A stretch of DNA of 64,000 nt from an uncultured bacterium (GCA_965368515.1 CBDUNF010000001.1:4265-68264); one strand, 5' to 3'; counted from the stretch's first letter, positions 39,016 through 49,154 are shown. The notes: generated by a model from the letters alone, not told the origin. Program-made: numbers and translations.

Positions 39016-39443
39016 ACCGCCCATCTCCAATCCTCGAAGCGGGTGTCATTGCGGTCGCCGGGCCGATGCTCGTCTTCTCGATGTACTTGCTCTTTGCCGG
39101 ACACAATCAGCCCGGCGGTGGCTTCGCTGCCGGCTTGGTTGCCGGAGTCACGGTTCTTCTCGTGTGGGCCGCAGGCGGCACCGACACCGTGCGCCGAGTA
39201 CTGCCGATGCGTTCGACTCTGCTGATGGGTCTTGGTCTGCTCGTCGCCGCGCTGACCGGTTTCGCCGCGCTGTTGGGCGGTCTCTCCTTCTTGGAGTCCG
39301 GTTATGTCGAGTTCTCTCTCCCCGTTGTGGGGAAGGCCAAAATCGTTTCTGCCTTGTTCTTCGACATCGGCGTCTACCTCGTCGTTGTAGGCATGGCGCT
39401 CGGCTTGATCCGTGCCCTCGGCGAAGAGGGGGTTCCGCGATGA
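39012..39443 (+). CDS. mrpB: Na+/H+ antiporter subunit B
   Basis: LFAGHNQPGGGF motif typical of MnhB; ATGA overlaps with neighbouring genes. Confidence 0.8.
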   Translation: MNRPSPILEAGVIAVAGPMLVFSMYLLFAGHNQPGGGFAAGLVAGVTVLLVWAAGGTDTVRRVLPMRSTLLMGLGLLVAALTGFAALLGGLSFLESGYVEFSLPVVGKAKIVSALFFDIGVYLVVVGMALGLIRALGEEGVPR

Positions 39444-39817
39444 GCATCATCACGCTTGGTGTTGCGTCGCTGCTCTTCACCGTGGGGACGTACCTCGTCC
39501 TGCAGCGCATGTTGTCCAGGGTGATCATTGGTCTTGGCCTCATCTCTCATGGGGCCAATCTGCTGATCATGCTTGCCGGCTCGGGACCGGCCGCTCCGCC
39601 CGTGCTCACCGCGGATGGATCGGTCGCGGTCGTCGCCGATCCGCTGCCGCAAGCGATGGTTCTCACCGCGATAGTCATCACCTTCGGCATTACGGCATTC
39701 CTGCTGGCGCTGGCTCTTCGTAGCTACCTGCTTACCGGGACGGACGCCGTCGAGGACGACATCGAGGATCGACGAATCGCTCAATCAGCAAAGAAGACGT
39801 CGGAGGCCGCAATATGA
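39440..39817 (+). CDS. mrpC: Na+/H+ antiporter subunit C (NuoK-like)
   Basis: ~125 aa, 3 TM; NuoK/MnhC-like. Confidence 0.8.
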   Translation: MSIITLGVASLLFTVGTYLVLQRMLSRVIIGLGLISHGANLLIMLAGSGPAAPPVLTADGSVAVVADPLPQAMVLTAIVITFGITAFLLALALRSYLLTGTDAVEDDIEDRRIAQSAKKTSEAAI

Positions 39818-41280
39818 GCTGGCTTCTTCCCGCCATCGTTGCGATACCTGTGCTCGGTGCGGGTCTGACGGTCCTCGTCGGGCGCCGTCTCCTGCTCCAG
39901 CGCGTCATTGCGCTCTCCGGAGTGAGTTTTGTACTCATTGCCGCGGTACTTCTGCTGGTTTCCGCTGATGCCGGCACCCCGCAGGTTGCGCAGATTGGTG
40001 GATGGGCGGCGCCGGCAGGGATAACGCTCTTCGCCGACCGATTTGCGGCGATCGTATTGACCGTGTCGGCGGCGATGCTTCTGGCGGTTCTTGTCTATGC
40101 GATGGCACAGCTCGGGCGTGATGCTGTGGACTGGTGGTTCCACAGTAAGTATCTCGTGTTGACCGCAGGTGTCGCGCTGTCACTCGCCACCGGCGACCTG
40201 TTCAACCTCTTCGTCGGCTTCGAAATCATGCTGATTGCAAGCTACGTCTTGCTGACGGTGAAAGCCGGGCCGGATGAGGTCCGGGCGACCATGACCTACG
40301 TCGTGATCAACCTGGTCGCGTCAGCGCTGTTCCTTGTGGCGATTGCGTTCGTATACACGACCACCGGAACGCTCAACCTGGCCGACCTCTCCCGCGAGTT
40401 GGCGACTGTCGATCCGGCCGTTCGTTCCGGGCTCAGCATGTTGATGCTCGTGGTGTTCGGTATCAAAGCAGCCATTTTTCCGCTGTTCATGTGGCTTCCC
40501 GACTCGTACCCGACCGCCCCGACGCCGGTTACCGCAATCTTCGCCGGGCTGCTCACCAAGGTTGGTGTGTTCGTGATCATCCGCACCCAGACACTCCTGT
40601 TCAACCAGGACGAGCCGTCCACCCTCTTGCTGTTCGTGGCCGGTGCCACGATGACAGTCGGTGTACTCGGGGCCATCGCCCAGAACGACGTCAAGCGAAT
40701 CCTCAGCTTCCACATCGTGAGCCAGATTGGGTACATGATGATGGGGCTCGGCTTCCTTTCTGTTGCCGGTCTTGCTGCGGCCATCCTCTACATCACCCAC
40801 CACATCGTTGTGAAGACCGGTCTGTTCCTGGTTGGTGGACTGGTGGAATCCGAGCACGGCACCGGTGCATTGGACCGCATCGGCGGTGTGCTGCACCGAA
40901 GGCCGGTGATCGCTGCCCTCTTCCTGCCGCTGGCGCTGAGCCTGGCCGGGATCCCGCCATTCTCGGGATTCGTCGCAAAACTCGCACTCATCCAGGAAGG
41001 CATAGCGCTCGATCGCGGGCTGATCGTTGCGGTCAGCCTGCTAGTCAGCATGCTGACCCTGTTTTCGATGACGAAGATCTGGGGTGGGGTGTTCTGGGGT
41101 GAGCCGACCAAGGCTACGGGGAGTGCAGGTGCCGGGATGGTCGGAGCAACGGTGCTAGTGGTGACGCTCAGCATTGGTGTTGCCTTGTTTGCCTCACCGT
41201 TGGCGGAACTGGCCGAGCGGGCGGCAGCCGATCTGGTCGACCCTGCGGTCTATGCCGACGCGGTCTTGGGGAGGCGCTGA
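39814..41280 (+). CDS. mrpD: Na+/H+ antiporter subunit D (NuoN/M-like)
   Basis: 488 aa; NuoM/N-type antiporter subunit sequence. Confidence 0.85.
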   Translation: MSWLLPAIVAIPVLGAGLTVLVGRRLLLQRVIALSGVSFVLIAAVLLLVSADAGTPQVAQIGGWAAPAGITLFADRFAAIVLTVSAAMLLAVLVYAMAQLGRDAVDWWFHSKYLVLTAGVALSLATGDLFNLFVGFEIMLIASYVLLTVKAGPDEVRATMTYVVINLVASALFLVAIAFVYTTTGTLNLADLSRELATVDPAVRSGLSMLMLVVFGIKAAIFPLFMWLPDSYPTAPTPVTAIFAGLLTKVGVFVIIRTQTLLFNQDEPSTLLLFVAGATMTVGVLGAIAQNDVKRILSFHIVSQIGYMMMGLGFLSVAGLAAAILYITHHIVVKTGLFLVGGLVESEHGTGALDRIGGVLHRRPVIAALFLPLALSLAGIPPFSGFVAKLALIQEGIALDRGLIVAVSLLVSMLTLFSMTKIWGGVFWGEPTKATGSAGAGMVGATVLVVTLSIGVALFASPLAELAERAAADLVDPAVYADAVLGRR

Positions 41281-41543
41281 TGGGATCCGTTGTCACCATC
41301 GTCCAGGTAGTGCTCGGTATCGGCGCGACCCTTGCCTTCGTGCGTGCAGCGCGAGGTCCGAATCTCGTCGACCGGATCGTGGCCCTTGATCTTGTGCTCC
41401 TTCTCCTGGCAGGTGGGCTGGCCGCTCATGGAGCTCGTACGGGGTCCGATCTGTACGTTGCCGTTCTTGTCGTGGTGGCTCTGGTTGCGTTTGCCGGCAC
41501 GGTTGTGGTCGCTCGGTTCATCGAGTGGAGGGATGGTTCATGA
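41280..41543 (+). CDS. mrpF: Na+/H+ antiporter subunit F
   Basis: 87 aa; RGPNLVDRIVALDLV motif typical of MnhF. Confidence 0.7.
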   Translation: MGSVVTIVQVVLGIGATLAFVRAARGPNLVDRIVALDLVLLLLAGGLAAHGARTGSDLYVAVLVVVALVAFAGTVVVARFIEWRDGS

Positions 41544-42379
41544 GCCCGCTCGAGATTCTCGGATCCGCGTTGATGGTGTCCGGCGCGGGCCTTTCCGCTC
41601 TTGCTGCATGGGGTGTTCTCGATTTTCCATCGGCCCTGGCGCGAATGCACGCAGCGACCAAGTCGGCCTCCCTTGGCCTGGCGCTAATCGCCATGGGCGC
41701 GGGGTTGGCCGCGGAATCGGCCGGCCTGGCCGGCGTCAGCCTGCTCATGGCTGTGTTCTTGTTCATGACGGCTCCGATCTCGGGCCACATGCTCGGCAGA
41801 GCCGTCTATTCCGCGGGGCAGGCCACAGGGCTCGTCCACGACGACATGCCCAAGACGTCACCACAGCCGCTTCGGTTCGTGCAGGGCGAGCGGTCCCGCT
41901 TCTCCATTAATCGTGCGTTGGTTCTCACCACGGTGTGGGTCCTCCTGTGGCGGGACGCGAGTCCCGGTGTCTGGGTCGGGGGGCTGGTGGTGGCTGCGGC
42001 GATAGAGGCGGTTCGCCGCACCCGGGAGCGACCGTCACGAATTCGAGTTGGTGGTCTTCTTCGCTTCGTGGTCTATTACCTACGGATGGTCGTGCTCTCC
42101 AACCTTCGCGTAGCTTGGGAGGTGGTCACCCCGAACAACGACCAGATCAGCGAGGCGATCGTCGCAGTTCCATTGCGGACAGAGTCGGTCCAGGCAGCCC
42201 TATTGGTGGCCAATGCGATCAGTTACACACCAGGCTCCTTGACGATCGATCTGTCGGAGAGCCCGTTGGTGCTCTATGTCCATGTACTCCACTTCGAGTC
42301 GGCTGATGCCATCCGGAGCGAGGTTGCCGAACTCGAGGACCTAGTAGTCACTTCGGTCGCCGGGTCGGTGCGCACGTAG
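41540..42379 (+). CDS. fused Na+/H+ antiporter subunit G (N-terminal) and subunit E (C-terminal)
   Basis: N-terminal half matches MnhG (ILGSALMVSGAGLSALAAWGVLDFPSALARMHAATKSASLG); C-terminal half matches MnhE (YTPGSLTIDLSE...LYVHVL); ATGA overlap with mrpF. Confidence 0.65.
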   Translation: MSPLEILGSALMVSGAGLSALAAWGVLDFPSALARMHAATKSASLGLALIAMGAGLAAESAGLAGVSLLMAVFLFMTAPISGHMLGRAVYSAGQATGLVHDDMPKTSPQPLRFVQGERSRFSINRALVLTTVWVLLWRDASPGVWVGGLVVAAAIEAVRRTRERPSRIRVGGLLRFVVYYLRMVVLSNLRVAWEVVTPNNDQISEAIVAVPLRTESVQAALLVANAISYTPGSLTIDLSESPLVLYVHVLHFESADAIRSEVAELEDLVVTSVAGSVRT

Positions 42380-42455
42380 GGGGTCACGCTGCCGTTGCTG
42401 TCGTGTCGATGGCCATGGGCCCGAATCCCCCGGACGACCGGGGTCGAAGCCCAGT

Positions 42456-44306
42456 TCAGTGCTCTCCCTTTTCGGAGCCCCACGCTGCGGCGGTGATGTC
42501 GCTGCCGGCCGAAGGCTTTGTCTGCACCGGCATACCGATTGCCAATACCTCTTCGCCATCGCGAACCTCGCGATTGGATGAGAAGACATCGCAGCCCTGC
42601 GCCGACCGGACTACTAGCGGCAGGCTCTGCACGTCGGGCCGCGGTGTGCCTCGTGGCGTCTTGCGAACAACCTCGTCCGGGTCGGCGACCGTATAGGCGA
42701 GATCGACCACGTTCTCTGCCATCACGGCAACATCCCAAACTGTCAGGTCGACGCAGCGTCCGAAGAGCTGCTCTCCGGCAACCTCGTCGAGCAGGCGTGT
42801 CATGCTTTGTGTCGCCTCCGGTGGCATCGCCACATGAATGCTGGGTACGCCGAAGCGCTGCTTGGCGAGGCGTGCGGTAAGGAGGTTGACCTCGGCATTG
42901 GTAGTGGCTGCTACGAGCGCCGTCGCGTGCGAGGCGCCTGCCTCCTCCAGGACGTCATCATCGATCGCGTTTCCTTTGACAACCATCAGTCCCCGTTCGG
43001 TAGCTGAGCGCAGATGATCGGAGTTGGTGTCGATCATGACCACATCGGTGTGCTCGGCCAGCAGCACCGCCATCCGCTGAGCCACCGGTCCGGCTCCGAC
43101 GAACACGACGCCGTTGCGATCGTCTGCGACAAGCTCGCCACGATCCCTCAGGTGGTTGATTGCCCTAGTGAGGAACACCGGCACCGTTGCCGTCGTGAAG
43201 ACCGCCATGAACACGAGTATCGAGAAGATGCGTTCATCGATGATCCCTGCCGTCAATGCGATCTCGGCGACGATGATCTCTACTGCGCCGCGCCCGTTCA
43301 TGCCGGCACCGACCGCCACTCCCTCCCGGAAACCGTATCCGGTCGGAAGGTAGAAGATTGCAGTTCCGACGATCTTGCCGGCCGTCGCGAGAACGATGAC
43401 CGTAACCACGAGGGGGAGGGACTCGGAAATCACCGAGAAGGAAACCTTGAATCCCGCGGTCACGAAGAAGACCGGGGCCAACAGCCCAACGGACACGTTT
43501 CGCGCCCGACTCTCTACAGCATGGAGTTGATCGTGAGTGAGGACATCGGACCTTATGAATAGGCCTGCCAGGAAGGCGCCGAGGATGCCGTGAAGCCCGG
43601 CGGCTTCTGCTGCGGCAGCGTAGGCCAGGCCGACACCGACAACCGCAATGAAGAGAACCGACTGGTCGATTTTCATCCTGGCAACGACCTTGCCGATACG
43701 GGGGAACACTTTCATGCCGACCAGCCAGGCACCGGCTAGGAACACTGAGGCTTTGGCCACTGTTGCCAGTACTCCGGCGAGGGCGATAGTGCCAGTCGCG
43801 GCGAGTCCGAGGAGCGCAGCAAAGAAGACGAGAGCCGCGATGTCGGAGAACAGCGCACCCGCCATCAGCACATGGGCGATTCGTGTGTTCAAGATGCCGA
43901 GATCGACCAGTATGCGCGACTTCGTGGCCAATGACGTAACCCCCATTGCTACGGCCACGAATGAAGCGGCGACCGCGTCCCCCTCAACGAGCATCATCAA
44001 ACCGAAACCCAAACCGGCAGGCACTATGAACCCGCCCAGTGAGGCGAGCAGCCCGGGGCGGGTGGCGTTGCCGATTGAGGTTGGGTCGAGGTGGATGCCG
44101 ATATAGAGCATCAGGAGCGTTACGCCGAGCTTGCCGATGACGGTGATGGCATCATCGGTCGCGAGCAGTCCCAGCAGGGGAGGGCCCAGTGCGATCCCCG
44201 CCGCTAGTTCCCCCAGGATCGAGGGGTAGCCGAGTCTCCGCGCCAGCCAACCACCGGCAAGGGCAGCTGCCAGCACCAACATCAGATTCATGGGGTCGAG
44301 GCTCAT
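42456..44306 (-). CDS. cation:proton antiporter (CPA2, KefB-like) with C-terminal RCK/TrkA-N and TrkA-C domains
   Basis: N-terminal 12-13 TM Na_H_Exchanger domain; GVVFVGAGPVAQRMAVLL Rossmann (RCK) motif. Confidence 0.85.
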   Translation of the reverse strand: MSLDPMNLMLVLAAALAGGWLARRLGYPSILGELAAGIALGPPLLGLLATDDAITVIGKLGVTLLMLYIGIHLDPTSIGNATRPGLLASLGGFIVPAGLGFGLMMLVEGDAVAASFVAVAMGVTSLATKSRILVDLGILNTRIAHVLMAGALFSDIAALVFFAALLGLAATGTIALAGVLATVAKASVFLAGAWLVGMKVFPRIGKVVARMKIDQSVLFIAVVGVGLAYAAAAEAAGLHGILGAFLAGLFIRSDVLTHDQLHAVESRARNVSVGLLAPVFFVTAGFKVSFSVISESLPLVVTVIVLATAGKIVGTAIFYLPTGYGFREGVAVGAGMNGRGAVEIIVAEIALTAGIIDERIFSILVFMAVFTTATVPVFLTRAINHLRDRGELVADDRNGVVFVGAGPVAQRMAVLLAEHTDVVMIDTNSDHLRSATERGLMVVKGNAIDDDVLEEAGASHATALVAATTNAEVNLLTARLAKQRFGVPSIHVAMPPEATQSMTRLLDEVAGEQLFGRCVDLTVWDVAVMAENVVDLAYTVADPDEVVRKTPRGTPRPDVQSLPLVVRSAQGCDVFSSNREVRDGEEVLAIGMPVQTKPSAGSDITAAAWGSEKGEH

Positions 44307-44404
44307 TGTCAGGCTCCCCTCGGCTGTTACACGTCAACGGATACACGAAACATAATACGTGTTACAATAGTCGTCAACCACCATCCTGAAACAGGAGGGA
44401 GAAC

Positions 44405-45364
44405 ATGAAGCGCTTCAAGAACATCCTCGTTGTCGCAGAAAAGGACGACGGTCAGACACGCTCGCTGCTCCACGCGGCCGTCGATATGGCTCGTCGCAAC
44501 GGTGCGGTGCTAACTGTGTTCTCGGTTGTCGACGAAGTCTCGGAGCTACGTCGCTATCTCAAGACGAAGAGCGGTCGAGTGGATCTGGTGAATCTGATGA
44601 TTGAAGGCAGAATCGCCGAGCTACGAGCAGCAACTCCGCAGACCGACGTCTCAGTGCACTACGAGGTGAGGAGCGGCATCCCGTACCTCGAGGTCATCGA
44701 CAGGGTCGGTCTCTACGGGCATGACCTCGTCCTGACCGTCCCCATGCCACCAATCCGGAAGATCGGCCTTGGTTCTTCGTCGACGACGATGCACCTGTTG
44801 CGCAAGTGCCCGGTGCCCGTCTGGGTGCATTCACCGCTGTCGGCGACAGCCGATGCGCTGCTTGTTGCGATCGGGCCGTTCGGCGCAGCGACAGAGGAAT
44901 TGAACGTGAGGCTGCTGGAACTGGCATCGTCGCTGGCACGGACCACCGGTAGCGAGCTTCACATCGTCCATGCCTGGAGGATCGAAGGAGAGACAATGCT
45001 CCGCAGTCCTCGCTTGGCCTATACGACCAAAGAGATAGAAGCGATGGGCACAGAGGCGCAGCAGGCCGCTGCAGCCGGGATCGAAGCCTTGCTCGACCAG
45101 GTCGATGTCGCGGCCTCCAGTCGGATCCACGTTCTGAAAGGTCACGCCGGGGATGTGATCCCCGCCCTTATCGACGAAATCAACCCGAACGCGGTCGTAA
45201 TGGGAACTGTCGCTCGAACCGGGATACCCGGCCTGATAATCGGCAACACCGCCGAACGTGTCCTCGCCACAGTCGACCGAACTGTTCTCGCAGTCAAGCC
45301 GGACGGGTTTGTCTCACCGGTCGGTGGCGTCTTGGATTGGCACGCCACTCACCTGCCCTACTGA
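44405..45364 (+). CDS. universal stress protein (tandem UspA domains)
   Basis: Two Usp domains, each with the ATP-binding G-x2-G-x9-G(S/T) region (MGTVARTGIPGLIIGNTAERVL). Confidence 0.8.
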   Translation: MKRFKNILVVAEKDDGQTRSLLHAAVDMARRNGAVLTVFSVVDEVSELRRYLKTKSGRVDLVNLMIEGRIAELRAATPQTDVSVHYEVRSGIPYLEVIDRVGLYGHDLVLTVPMPPIRKIGLGSSSTTMHLLRKCPVPVWVHSPLSATADALLVAIGPFGAATEELNVRLLELASSLARTTGSELHIVHAWRIEGETMLRSPRLAYTTKEIEAMGTEAQQAAAAGIEALLDQVDVAASSRIHVLKGHAGDVIPALIDEINPNAVVMGTVARTGIPGLIIGNTAERVLATVDRTVLAVKPDGFVSPVGGVLDWHATHLPY

Positions 45365-45428
45365 GTTCTCAGGTCACAATTCGTGTTCGGCGGCCAATGG
45401 CGTGAAGCCAGTCGTGGCGTGGCCTCCT

Positions 45429-45442
45429 TGGAACGTTCCAAC
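45429..45442. promoter_or_regulatory. operator copy 4 (TTGGAACGTTCCAA), ~40 nt upstream of the SDR-iolC-iolB2-aldolase operon
   Basis: Perfect 14-bp palindrome. Confidence 0.6.
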
Positions 45443-45482
45443 GCTCGGGGATATACTGCGCGGACGCCACTTTGGAGGGGCC

Positions 45483-46292
45483 ATGGGTCGGTTCGACGGC
45501 AAGATCGCTCTCATCACCGGGAGCACGCAGGGCGTAGGTGAGGCCGTCGCCCGCCGTCTCGCAGTCGAAGGGGCTGCCGGCATCGTCGTGTGTGGCCGTA
45601 ATCAGAGTCGGGGGGAGACGGTTGCCGGAGCTCTGGCGGAAGCAGGGACGGCGGCGCTATTCGTACCGGTCGAACTTGGTGATGCGGAGAGCTGCCAGCG
45701 TCTGATTGCCAGCGCTGATGAGCAGTTCGGTCGCATCGATGTGTTGGTCAACGCGGCGGCTCTCACTCTGCGCGGTTCGATCATCGATACCTCGGTCGAA
45801 TTATGGGACCTGATAATGAACGTCAACCTGCGCGCTCCCTTTCTATTGATGCAGGGTGCGATCAAGATCATGAGGCGGGAAGGAAGCGGGGGCACCATCG
45901 TCAACGTCGGCTCAGTTGCATCGCACGGCGGTGCCCCGATCCTCATGCCGTATTCCGCATCGAAGGCAGCCTTGGCGGCCATGACCAAGAATGTGGCGTA
46001 CTCAGTTGCCTGGGACGGCATCCGCGTCAACTGCATCAACCCGGGCTGGATGGACACGCCGGGTGAGGACGATATCCAGCGACGCTTCCACACCGACGGG
46101 CAGGATTGGCTCGACAAAGCTGAGGCAGGAATGCCATCCGGGCAGCTCATCAAGACCGACGAGGTTGCAGCCGCCATCGCCTTCCTAGCATCCGGTGAAT
46201 CCGGCATCATGACCGGCTCGGTTGTCGACTATGACCAATCCGTCGTCGGCGCCGGCAACGCCCCGGTTCCCAAACGGGAGGAGACACCGTGA
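45483..46292 (+). CDS. SDR family oxidoreductase
   Basis: TGSTQGVGEAVA motif; YSASKAA catalytic YxxxK. Confidence 0.85.
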   Translation: MGRFDGKIALITGSTQGVGEAVARRLAVEGAAGIVVCGRNQSRGETVAGALAEAGTAALFVPVELGDAESCQRLIASADEQFGRIDVLVNAAALTLRGSIIDTSVELWDLIMNVNLRAPFLLMQGAIKIMRREGSGGTIVNVGSVASHGGAPILMPYSASKAALAAMTKNVAYSVAWDGIRVNCINPGWMDTPGEDDIQRRFHTDGQDWLDKAEAGMPSGQLIKTDEVAAAIAFLASGESGIMTGSVVDYDQSVVGAGNAPVPKREETP

Positions 46293-47287
46293 CATACGAT
46301 CTCATCACCGTCGGCCGGGTCAACATGGATCTGTTTGCTCAGGATATCGGCGCCGACTTTGCCGACATCACCGGCTTCGATGCGGCGGTAGGGGGCAGCC
46401 CTTCCAACATCGCCATGGGCACCAGCCGGCTTGGTTTGACGACAGCCGCGTTCACCGCAGTCGGCGACGACACGGTCGGCGACTTTGTGCGCCGTTTCCT
46501 CGGCGACATGGGTGTCGTGACTGATTTTGTTGCAACCAAACCAGGGAAGCGGACCTCGCTGGCCCTGGTCGGCGTGCAGCCACCCGATCGGTTCCCGCTC
46601 ACGTTCTATCGCGACGATCCGGCCGACATCTACCTGACTATCGATGATGCTTCTGCGCTGCCGTTCGGCAGCACCTCGGCTGTCCTGCTGTCCGGCAATG
46701 CCTTCAGCCGAGGCACCTGCGCTGACGCCGCTCGTCGCGCTGCGGAACGGGCGGGGCACTTCGGGCTGACCACGTTCATGGATCTCGATCTGCGGCCGAC
46801 CGACTGGTCCCATCCCCATGCGTTCGGTCTGACCCTGCGTCCCGTGCTGCCGTGGGTCGATGTCCTGATCGGCACCGAAGAGGAGTTCTTTGCGCTGCTC
46901 GCCCCCGATCCCGGCCCTGTGGCGACTGGCGCCCCGGTCACGGCCGTCGACAGGAACGTCCTCGAGCAGCTTGTCGGGGTCCTGCTCGAGACGGGAACTG
47001 TGGGGACGGTGGTCCTCAAGCGGGGGGCCACCGGTGCGACGGTCCTCACCGGGTCGGAACGTATTGACGTTCCGGGTTTCCCGGTCGATCCCGTCAACAC
47101 GGTCGGTGCGGGTGACTCATTTGCGTCGGGGCTCATCTGGAGTCGGCTCCGTGGCGACGATTGGTATCGGGCGTGTCGATTCGGCAACGCTTGTGGTGCC
47201 ATCGTGGTTACCCGGCATGGCTGTGCGGTGGCCTTCCCTACCGAGCAAGAGGTCGTCGAGTTCGTGACAGGCGCGGGAGGGTTCTAG
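46289..47287 (+). CDS. iolC: 5-dehydro-2-deoxygluconokinase (PfkB family)
   Basis: PfkB carbohydrate kinase motifs (N-terminal GG, C-terminal VNTVGAGDSFASG); GTGA overlap with the SDR gene; context with iolB and aldolase. Confidence 0.75.
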   Translation: MTYDLITVGRVNMDLFAQDIGADFADITGFDAAVGGSPSNIAMGTSRLGLTTAAFTAVGDDTVGDFVRRFLGDMGVVTDFVATKPGKRTSLALVGVQPPDRFPLTFYRDDPADIYLTIDDASALPFGSTSAVLLSGNAFSRGTCADAARRAAERAGHFGLTTFMDLDLRPTDWSHPHAFGLTLRPVLPWVDVLIGTEEEFFALLAPDPGPVATGAPVTAVDRNVLEQLVGVLLETGTVGTVVLKRGATGATVLTGSERIDVPGFPVDPVNTVGAGDSFASGLIWSRLRGDDWYRACRFGNACGAIVVTRHGCAVAFPTEQEVVEFVTGAGGF

Positions 47288-48171
47288 TGGTTCACAAACT
47301 GACATCAACCGAGGGCCCCGGTCGGGTCCTGGAGGTCACCCCCGAGATCGTCGGCTGGGATGTCCTCGACTTCTCCGTCATGGTGCTCGAAGCCGCGGGA
47401 CGGTGGGCGATGACCACAGGTGGTCGCGAGGTCGCAGTCGTGCCTCAAGCAGGATCATTCGTTGCCCACGTCGGCGAACAGAGCTTCTCTCTCAACCGCT
47501 CCAGCGTCTTTGCAGAGATGGCCTCCGTTCTGTATCTCCCACCGAACACGGAGCTCACGGTTGAGGCGGCTACCGATGCCGAGTTTGCGATCGGCGGTGC
47601 CCCTGCCGAGGGCAAATACCCGGTGCGTCTATTCGATCCGTCGGAGATGAAGACTGAAGTCCGCGGGGGCGGTGGCGCCACTCGTCAGGTGAACCACATC
47701 CTGGCGCACCCGCTACCCGCCGAGCGCCTGATCCTCTATGAGGTCTATGTACCTCGTGGCAAGTGGTCTGGCTGGCCCCCTCATTGCCACGATGGCTACG
47801 AAGGCTCGCCCTATCTAGAAGAGACCTACTACTTCCGTTTCGATCCACCCAACGGCTGGGGCATGCACCGCAACTACCGGCTCGACAACGACTTCGATGA
47901 GGTGTTCTCGGTCAGTGACCGGGATGTGGTCATGGTCACCCAGGGGTTCCACTCCAGCGCGGCGTCACCCGGCAACCACATGTATTTCCTCAACTATCTG
48001 GCGGGGAAGCCGTGGGACGAAGCGCGCGCCATTCCGCCTTTCTTCCAACCAGAGTACCGATGGATCGACGGCAACTGGGATCAGGATGCAATGACCCTTC
48101 CCGCAGTGACTCCGACCCCCCAGCCCGGTTCCGCCGGCGGTGGCTTTCCTCGAGAGCGAGGGCTGAAATGA
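47287..48171 (+). CDS. 5-deoxy-glucuronate isomerase family protein (second, divergent IolB copy)
   Basis: HCHD...YLEETYYFRF and GNHMYFLNYLAG IolB-type cupin motifs; GTG start overlapping the iolC stop. Confidence 0.75.
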   Translation: MVHKLTSTEGPGRVLEVTPEIVGWDVLDFSVMVLEAAGRWAMTTGGREVAVVPQAGSFVAHVGEQSFSLNRSSVFAEMASVLYLPPNTELTVEAATDAEFAIGGAPAEGKYPVRLFDPSEMKTEVRGGGGATRQVNHILAHPLPAERLILYEVYVPRGKWSGWPPHCHDGYEGSPYLEETYYFRFDPPNGWGMHRNYRLDNDFDEVFSVSDRDVVMVTQGFHSSAASPGNHMYFLNYLAGKPWDEARAIPPFFQPEYRWIDGNWDQDAMTLPAVTPTPQPGSAGGGFPRERGLK

Positions 48172-49154
48172 GTCTGCCGACAATCACACCGGGCAAGGCG
48201 AGGGGTTTGGCTGCAACTTCTTCGGCGGGCGGGATCTTCAAGGTGCTTGCAGTGGATCATCGTGATTCGATGCGTGTCCTGATCGAACCAGAGAATCCAC
48301 AGGTTTTGGCTGCCTCTCATCTGACGGAGGTCAAGCTCGACTTGCTGCGACAGTTGGGCGCCGATGCCACTGCGATCATGCTTGATCCGGAGTACAGCGT
48401 CGCCCAAGCCATCGTGGCGCGGGCGCTCCCCGGCAGTGTGGGTTTCCTCGCAGCCGTTGAAGCCCAGGGGTATCTGGGCGACCCGACGGCGCGGCAGACC
48501 TCTCTTCTCGACGGCTGGGGAGTCGAGAAGGCAAAGAGAGTCGGTGCCAACGCCATCAAGCTCCTCGTGCTGTATCGGCCGGATGCCGGTGCTGTGACAG
48601 AGGCCCAGGACGAAGTGATCAAGGCCGTTATCGCCGACTGCGCCCGCTACGACATTCCGCTATTCCTCGAGCCGCTGGCGTATGCCACCGAACCTGGAGT
48701 CGCCACCGGTTCCTCCGAGTTCGCCGCGATTCGTCGCGGCCTGGTTGTGGAGACCGTTCGTCGCCTGGGGGCCCTCGGCCCCGATGTCTTGAAGGTTCAG
48801 TTTCCCGTAGACACCCGCCACGAGCCGGACCGGGTGGCCTGGGCAGACGCTTGCGCCGAACTCGATGCAGTTGCCCCAGTGCCTTGGGCGCTGCTGTCTG
48901 GAGGTGATCCGTACGATCTGTTTCGTGACCAAGTTCGCATCGCCGCCGAGGCGGGTGCGTCGGGTTTCCTCGTGGGGCGGGCACTGTGGGGCGACTACAT
49001 CTCCGCCGAGTCCGCAGACAAGCCGCACATCATGGAGGAGACGGTGCGGCCCCGGCTTGCCGAGTTGTCGGCCCTGGCGGATGAGTTCGGCCATGACTGG
49101 GCTGATCGGTACCGGTTGCCGGAGATCGACGAGCGCTGGTTCACGACCTACTAG
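48168..49154 (+). CDS. class I aldolase of the tagatose-1,6-bisphosphate aldolase (LacD) family; candidate 2-deoxy-5-keto-gluconate-6-P aldolase
   Basis: Blocks matching LacD (VLAVDHRDSMRV, IMLDPEYSV, GANAIKLLVLY, DIPLFLEPLAYA); ATGA overlap with the preceding gene. Confidence 0.7.
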   Translation: MSLPTITPGKARGLAATSSAGGIFKVLAVDHRDSMRVLIEPENPQVLAASHLTEVKLDLLRQLGADATAIMLDPEYSVAQAIVARALPGSVGFLAAVEAQGYLGDPTARQTSLLDGWGVEKAKRVGANAIKLLVLYRPDAGAVTEAQDEVIKAVIADCARYDIPLFLEPLAYATEPGVATGSSEFAAIRRGLVVETVRRLGALGPDVLKVQFPVDTRHEPDRVAWADACAELDAVAPVPWALLSGGDPYDLFRDQVRIAAEAGASGFLVGRALWGDYISAESADKPHIMEETVRPRLAELSALADEFGHDWADRYRLPEIDERWFTTY

